Source: Bacillota bacterium (GTDB lineage: Bacteria; Bacillota; Sulfobacillia; DUMF01). Taken from it: a stretch of DNA of 64,000 nucleotides. The notes under the pieces were generated by a model, which did not search any database, was not told the origin of the DNA, and saw nothing but the letters and a program-made list of their open reading frames with translations. This document shows, in pieces, positions 58,821 through 64,000 of the stretch. Made by a program: the position numbers and the translations under genes. Numbering within the stretch: position 1 is the stretch's first letter; every line of letters starts with the position of its first letter. The stretch is taken from positions 21,176-85,175 of the forward strand of contig DUMF01000026.1 of assembly GCA_012840015.1 (NCBI GenBank). Direction: 5' to 3'.

Positions 58821-59987
58821 ATGGCTGAGGTCTACAAATTCATCGCGATAGTTGGTATGTTCCTGGCAGCTTACTTCGCTCCGCTGGGCTCTCCTCGCGT
58901 TCAGGGGGCCATACTCGAAGGGTTCTATATGCTGCAGGAGTATGCGAGACAACACGTGTTATTCTGCCTGGTTCCAGCCTTCTTCATTGCGGGCGCGATA
59001 CAAAACTTCATATCTACCCGCTCGGTCATGAGGTACCTGGGGAAGGGAGCAAAGCAGTGGCTGGCCTACAGTGTTGCAGCCGTATCTGGAGCGATTCTTG
59101 CCGTTTGCTCGTGTACGGTGCTACCGCTCTTCATGGGTATCTATAAGAGAGGTGCGGGGCTTGGCCCCGCGACCGCGTTCCTCTACTCAGGCCCTGCAAT
59201 AAACGTGCTGGCGATCATTCTCACGGCGAGAGTGCTCGGCTGGCAAATAGGAGTGGCCAGGGCGGCAGGTGCTGTTTTGTTCTCTGTGGTGATAGGCCTT
59301 CTAATGGCGACGATATTCAGGGAAGAGGAAACGGAACGGCAAAAGGGGTTCGAAGCAACCGAGGAAGAGCCTGGCGAACGTACGCTGGCGCAAACCAGCG
59401 CTTACTTTGCTGTGCTGGTACTAATACTCGTGTTTGCGGCATGGGGCAGGCCTGCTGAGCGCATGGGCTTTTTCTACGACGTATACGTCGTAAAATGGTA
59501 TCTCGTAATAGGCCTGCTCGCCCTACTTGCTTACATGATGAAGGCCTGGTTTAACGGAGAAGAGCTTAAGGCGTGGAAAGACTCGACCTGGGACTTCGCG
59601 AAGAAAACGTTGCCGTTGTTGTTCGGCGGAGTGCTCGTGTCCGGGTTGCTTATGGGAAGACCGGGTGTCGACGCCGGATTGATACCGTCCAAGTACGTGG
59701 CTGCAATAGTCGGAGGGAATTCGCTTCTGGCTAACTTCGTGGCTTCGATAATCGGCGCTTTCATGTACTTCGCGACTCTGACTGAGGTACCCATAATCCA
59801 GGGTTTGATCGGCTCTGGCATGGGCAAGGGCCCAGCGCTCGCGCTGCTCTTGGCGGGCCCGGCATTGAGTCTTCCGAGCATGATCGTGATCAACAGCGTA
59901 CTGGGGTTCAGGAAAACGTTCGTTTACGTGTCTTTGGTCGTGGTGATGGCTACTATCAGCGGTTTGATTTTCGGAGCAATAGTCTAG
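58821..59987 (+). CDS. ArsP-like (DUF318) permease, second copy, CSC motif
   Basis: MAEVYKFIAIVG... with AVCSCTVLPLF and a duplicated permease half. About 388 aa. Confidence 0.7.
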   Translation: MAEVYKFIAIVGMFLAAYFAPLGSPRVQGAILEGFYMLQEYARQHVLFCLVPAFFIAGAIQNFISTRSVMRYLGKGAKQWLAYSVAAVSGAILAVCSCTVLPLFMGIYKRGAGLGPATAFLYSGPAINVLAIILTARVLGWQIGVARAAGAVLFSVVIGLLMATIFREEETERQKGFEATEEEPGERTLAQTSAYFAVLVLILVFAAWGRPAERMGFFYDVYVVKWYLVIGLLALLAYMMKAWFNGEELKAWKDSTWDFAKKTLPLLFGGVLVSGLLMGRPGVDAGLIPSKYVAAIVGGNSLLANFVASIIGAFMYFATLTEVPIIQGLIGSGMGKGPALALLLAGPALSLPSMIVINSVLGFRKTFVYVSLVVVMATISGLIFGAIV

Positions 59988-60008
59988 TAGATAGTCTAGT
60001 GAGGTGAG

Positions 60009-60154
60009 TTGAGAACGAGGATCGAGGTACTAGGTACTGGTTGTCCAAAGTGCAGGAAGAAATGAGCACTCCCGCAGTGTTCGTCGACGGCGTCAAGAAG
60101 ATCGAGGGCAAGATTCCTAGTGAGGCTCAAATAAGGGCATGGTTTGCTACCTGA
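60009..60154 (+). pseudogene. Thioredoxin-like 'redox-active disulfide protein 2' remnant with internal deletion and frameshift
   Basis: RIEVLGTGCPKCRKK* joins directly, out of frame, to MSTPAVFVDGVKKIEGKIPSEAQIRAWFAT*. The about 35-aa middle is missing. Confidence 0.45.
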
Positions 60155-60171
60155 GCGAGGAGGTGCTGAGA

Positions 60172-60417
60172 TTGCGTTTTAAGGTCCCCAGGGAACAGAT
60201 ACCGTGGCATCCGACAGTCGATTTAGCGAAATGCATTGGCTGCAAGACATGCTTTGAGTTTTGCCCGCACGGCACCTACGAGTGGGACGAAGAGAATGGC
60301 AGACCGGTGGTGAAAAACCCCAGCAACTGCGTTGTGGGCTGTAGCAATTGCGCACCGCACTGCCCTGCCGAGGCCATAGCCTTCCCGCCTCTGTCCATAC
60401 TCAAGGAATACATGTGA
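60172..60417 (+). CDS. 2x[4Fe-4S] ferredoxin
   Basis: Contains CIGCKTCFEFCPHG and CVVGCSNCAPHCP. GAGGAGGTG RBS lies before a TTG start. Confidence 0.65.
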   Translation: MRFKVPREQIPWHPTVDLAKCIGCKTCFEFCPHGTYEWDEENGRPVVKNPSNCVVGCSNCAPHCPAEAIAFPPLSILKEYM

Positions 60418-60429
60418 TAATACACGACA

Positions 60430-60660
60430 ATTGTACAGTAGGCGTCTGACCCGATAACAACTTGGGCGAAGGCTTTGTGAATGGCAAGAAGGTACGTAGC
60501 CAACGCTGGCGTCGGGGCCATCCCTTCAAAAGCGCAGGCCACGACTAAAACCAGTTCCACCCAAGGCCGCAAGGTATTCTTCCTTGATGTACGGAAGGGC
60601 AGTCTCATTCATTGCGTCAGCCAGGGTTGCTCGGGCACAGGAGCGATCTAGACTCGCGGC
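60430..60660. repeat. Duplicated degenerate segment, copy 2 left half
   Basis: About 88% identity to 52806-52910, with weaker similarity extending to about 60430. Confidence 0.45.
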
Positions 60661-60956
60661 TGCTTTGATCGCCAGAATTCGTTTTTTTGGGTGGCTGGTG
60701 GTAGGCCCTCCTGACTGTCTTCCACTGCTTTCATCTTATGGATGCCACTGTTCAAAGGAAGCACGGTGGTCGTGGAGCTTGGGCTCAGGATGCTGGCTGA
60801 TAGCTGCTCTATGTAAGCGAAACCCTCTGTGCTCCCGTCCTCGCGGCGCTCGTATCGGGTCTCCTTCACGTCGTTAGCATACGCGCCCACTATGCCCCAC
60901 GAGCCATGGTAGTGAATGGAGTAATGCACATCCGGCTCCCAGATGAATAAGTGCAC
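60648..60956 (-). pseudogene. Cupin (cysteine-dioxygenase-like HxH motif) fragment, N-terminus in another frame
   Basis: IWEPDVHYSIHYHGSWG cupin motif. The ORF opens after a TAG with a GTG start and no RBS. An upstream frame holds a plausible N-terminal piece. Confidence 0.4.
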
Positions 60957-61149
60957 GGAGAAAGACTTAGACGGGCTGCGCTAAAGAGTGATGTCGTTGG
61001 GATCCGCAGAGTGCCACTGGAAGCAGAGGAATTGGTCATCTCCCTGACGAGATCTTCGAATGCCGCGCAGAACTCTTCCAGTGAAAAGCTATTGTGGGCT
61101 ACCCGCCTTTCGTTCTCTTTCGTTTGTCACTCATTTCCCTAAGTCTAAC

Positions 61150-62000
61150 ACGTTACACGTCGGTGGGACGCAATCTACACTACGTTATGGTTGCCCTTCC
61201 GGCCAGCTTCCGAACGGCGAACGTGCGTCCAGACGCTGTAATCCGGATCATCAGGGTCGGCAGTGAGAGCGGCCCGCTCTTGAAGGTACTTCTTGGCCAA
61301 TTCCTTCTCACGGTATAGCTCTCTGTCCTGACCAACCGGACAGACCTTGATGCAAACGCCACACGGACATCAGCGCCTACGCGTTAATTCTTCCCCTCTC
61401 TCGGCGCATCGCAGTTTGTCATATCTGGCCAACCAATCCCCCTATTCCACTGAAGAGCTCCCGCTGGGCAGGTTTTCACACAGGCGTAACACCGACAGCA
61501 GTGGTCTCCGGCTATGTCGACTTCGGTGATACCGACACGAGGCGAACTCTGTGCCCGAATTAGGCGTCAGAAGGTTATGCTCAAGAGGTTATGCTCACGC
61601 CGATCGTGCAGAGCCCGGCGTACTTCGCTGCCGGAGCGTGCCCGAAAGCGGCCAACTGCGCCTGCTTGAGTATCTCGATGCTGCCGTAACAGTCCCGCGG
61701 AAAAAAGAACGCCGCCCAACCCCGCTCATTGAGAAATCAAGTGAGGCTGAACGCCAGCCCGTCCAGTGCCCGGCTGCAGGTCTTGTAAAGCTCCATGTGG
61801 AGCGCAGAAGGAGCGGTATCTACCATCGGTAGCGTCATCTGCATTCCCATCACGATCACAGTCCGAGCCACTGGCCACAACGACTGGGGGCAGAACTCGC
61901 GAGGAACTTCGCCCGCTTCTTCTCACCTACTTACCAGCGCGAACCACACTACATCGGCTCCGTGGTTTCGAGCGAAATCCACGATTGGTTAGTTTGGCTT
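61150..62000 (-). pseudogene. Degraded QueG/RdhA-like double-[4Fe-4S] protein (contains copy-2 right half of the repeat)
   Basis: Minus-strand fragments in different frames: IVDFARNHGADVVWFA (N-terminal ...GADLVG-type motif), AAKYAGLCTIGVS, DHCCRCYACVKTCPAG and CPCGVCIKVCP. Stops lie between them. Confidence 0.45.
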
Positions 62001-62072
62001 CTTTGCGGCAAAGTCCAAGAGGTGGCCAGTCTCGTCCGCCGCCCTGAGGAGACTCAGGGCGGCGAGTAGGGC

Positions 62073-64000
62073 TTAAAGTCCTCTGGCGACCTCGTAAGCG
62101 TCCCAGATGGAATACATGATGTTCTGGGGCTTTCTGGAATCGCCTATGCAGAAGGCTTTTGTGGTCTTGGCCAGGGACTTGAAAAGGGTGTCGTTGGGCT
62201 TCATGCCCACCGCGATCACTACGGTATCTGCCGGGATAGTCTTTGTGCGGGATTCGGCATCTTTCACCACTGCGCCCTCATCGGTGACTTCAGCGAGGGA
62301 AGTGTTCGTGAGCACTTCCACACCGTGGAACTTCAGCAGGTCTTTGAGCATGATCCTATTGGCGTGCGGCACCGGAACCCCGGAAAGCATTAGGTCGCTC
62401 AGCATTTCGACTATGACGACCCTTTTCCCTTGCTGAGCGAGCCATAGCGCGACTTCGCAGCCGACAAGCCCGCCTCCGATCACGGCCACTCGGTCGCCCG
62501 CCTCTTTTTTGCCTAAGAAAATGTCCGACGCAGTCGACACCTTGGCCTTGTCTAGCCCTGGCACGGTAGGCATCACTGGCTCGGAGCCTGTGGCCACGAC
62601 TACCGCGTCGGGCTTCTTTTCCTCTATCAACTGAGGATCTACTTCGGTCCTCAGGTGGATCCTGACGCCCACTTTCGTCATCTGGTTTTTGTACCACTCC
62701 AGGAGCCTCGCGATGTCCTTTTTGAACTCGGGTACGGATGCTTCGATCACGTGACCGCCGAGACTGTCGCTCTTTTCATATAGATCCACAGTGTGACCTC
62801 TTAAGGCGGCCACCCGCGCAGCTTCCATTCCGGCGATTCCTCCGCCCACCACCATCACGGACTTCTTGTCGCCAGCAGGAGCAATACCGTACTCCTTTTC
62901 ACGGCCACAAGCCGGGTTTACCGCGCATGAGAGCGGCCTAGCAAGGAAAATCCTACCGAGGCAACCGTCATGGCAGCCGATGCACGGGCGTATGTCATCC
63001 GTTCTTCCTTCCAGTACCTTGTTGGGCCAGTAGGGATCCGCCAGGAGCCCCCTACCCACTACCACCATGTCTGCTTTGCCTTCCGCCAGAACGCTTTCCG
63101 CGAGATCGGGTATATCGAGCCTTCCGGCGCTCAGGACAGGCACTTTGACCGCTCGTTTTAGCTCTTCGATCAGCGGCAGGTAGCAGCCGTGCTTCTGGTA
63201 CATCGGTGGGTGAGCCCAGTACCAGGCATCGTATGATCCGCCGTCTGCGTCGAAGGCATCGTAGCCGGCCTCTTCGAGGATCTTAGCGGCTTCAAGCCCT
63301 TCGGGTACGTCGCGACCCTTTTCCACGAAATCCTCATCTGGAAGGCCACCCTGGTTCCAATCTTTGATGAAGCTCTTGATGCTGAACCTTAGTATGACGG
63401 GGAAGCCGGGGCCCAGCGCTTTCTTGATACCCTTGACTATCTTCACTGGGAAGTTCAACCTGCCCCTTAAATCACCGCCGTACTCGTCGGTTCTCTTGTT
63501 AAACAGCGCGATTGTAAATTGGTCCAGCAAGTACCCTTCGTGAACCGCATGGATCTCAACTCCGTCGAAGCCTGCTTGAGCCGCTATCGCCGCTGCTTCA
63601 ACCGCCTTCTTGATGAGGGTATCCACTTCAGCGGTAGTCAGCTCCCGGCAAGTTATACTGGGCTCCCAGTAGTTGGGGATGGGGGAAGGAGCGACTGGGT
63701 GGGTGAGGACCATGTGGGGAGATCCCACCCTGCCCAGACCGATACCTAGTTGCAGGAAGATCTTGGAGCCGTAACTATGTACTCGCTCCGTCATTTCGCT
63801 GGCCGTCTGAATGAACCGCGCCGGGTTCAGGGATACCATCGGGGCCAGCCCCGGGACCAGCTTTTCTATTTCATTCTCGATCTTGGTGACTCCGGTGATT
63901 ATCAGCCCTGTGCCGCCTTTCGCTCTCTCCACGAAGTAATCGACTCCACGCTGTGAGAAGCAACCATCGGATGTGGATAATCCCAGGTTTCCCATCGGGG
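62073..64000 (-). CDS. Old-Yellow-Enzyme / 2,4-dienoyl-CoA-reductase-like flavoprotein (OYE TIM barrel, 4Fe-4S, FAD/NAD(P) domain), 5' end beyond window
   Basis: Contains STSDG...RAKGGTGLIIT, the CIGCHDGC cluster motif, and VVGGGIAG / VIGGGLVG dinucleotide folds. The ORF is open at the window end. Confidence 0.85.
   Translation of the reverse strand, partial: PMGNLGLSTSDGCFSQRGVDYFVERAKGGTGLIITGVTKIENEIEKLVPGLAPMVSLNPARFIQTASEMTERVHSYGSKIFLQLGIGLGRVGSPHMVLTHPVAPSPIPNYWEPSITCRELTTAEVDTLIKKAVEAAAIAAQAGFDGVEIHAVHEGYLLDQFTIALFNKRTDEYGGDLRGRLNFPVKIVKGIKKALGPGFPVILRFSIKSFIKDWNQGGLPDEDFVEKGRDVPEGLEAAKILEEAGYDAFDADGGSYDAWYWAHPPMYQKHGCYLPLIEELKRAVKVPVLSAGRLDIPDLAESVLAEGKADMVVVGRGLLADPYWPNKVLEGRTDDIRPCIGCHDGCLGRIFLARPLSCAVNPACGREKEYGIAPAGDKKSVMVVGGGIAGMEAARVAALRGHTVDLYEKSDSLGGHVIEASVPEFKKDIARLLEWYKNQMTKVGVRIHLRTEVDPQLIEEKKPDAVVVATGSEPVMPTVPGLDKAKVSTASDIFLGKKEAGDRVAVIGGGLVGCEVALWLAQQGKRVVIVEMLSDLMLSGVPVPHANRIMLKDLLKFHGVEVLTNTSLAEVTDEGAVVKDAESRTKTIPADTVVIAVGMKPNDTLFKSLAKTTKAFCIGDSRKPQNIMYSIWDAYEVARGL

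Noticed and set aside
60276-60608. 110-aa minus-strand ORF
   Set aside because: Overlaps the well-supported 2x[4Fe-4S] ferredoxin gene on the plus strand and lies in the duplicated degenerate block. No recognisable motifs.
1-64000. CRISPR arrays, tRNA or rRNA genes
   Set aside because: No regularly spaced direct repeats. No GGTTCGAATCC-type T-arm or cloverleaf candidates. No rRNA-like conserved stretches seen.

Overview
This window is about 64 kb of a high-GC (roughly 55-60% by eye) chromosome from an endospore-forming Firmicute-like bacterium; cotJA and cotJB are present. Gene content is mostly amino-acid, peptide and organic-acid utilisation plus metal and metalloid handling.

Main features, in order:
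- partial feoB, an XdhC-like gene and a nitroreductase;
- IS110 transposase remnants;
- a first livHMGF ABC operon whose livH is broken and whose livK is missing;
- next to that, a visibly AT-rich two-gene cassette of unknown function;
- an insertion-sequence pile-up: an IS1634-like transposase gene cut by an IS21-family element whose istB is frameshifted, plus a second IS4/IS1634-like fragment;
- a sigma54-controlled operon on the minus strand (TctAB-like transporter, class II HMG-CoA reductase, HMG-CoA lyase) with a CBS/PAS sigma54 activator and a verified -24/-12 promoter;
- a GntR / cupin / HpcH-aldolase / TRAP-transporter operon;
- a threonine dehydratase and a DapA-like gene;
- thiI, a cysteine desulfurase and a class-III aminotransferase;
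- a second, intact livKHMGF operon;
- an arsenic-resistance region (arsR, two ArsP-like permeases, acr3) containing several decayed genes and a small Cys-rich ORF;
- a partial OYE/FadH-like reductase.

The most notable finding is that the spore-coat gene cotJC is split. Its first 33 codons sit directly downstream of cotJB at 38904-38806. The remaining codons are 6.8 kb away at 31991-31507. The two parts are separated by an element carrying a large serine recombinase and are bounded by identical 11-bp cores (GTCGGGGCCGC). Recombination between the cores would restore the reading frame exactly. This looks like a skin-like sporulation intervening element in cotJC.

No rRNA, tRNA or CRISPR array was seen. 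Many frameshifted genes are present; these may be real decay or assembly errors.
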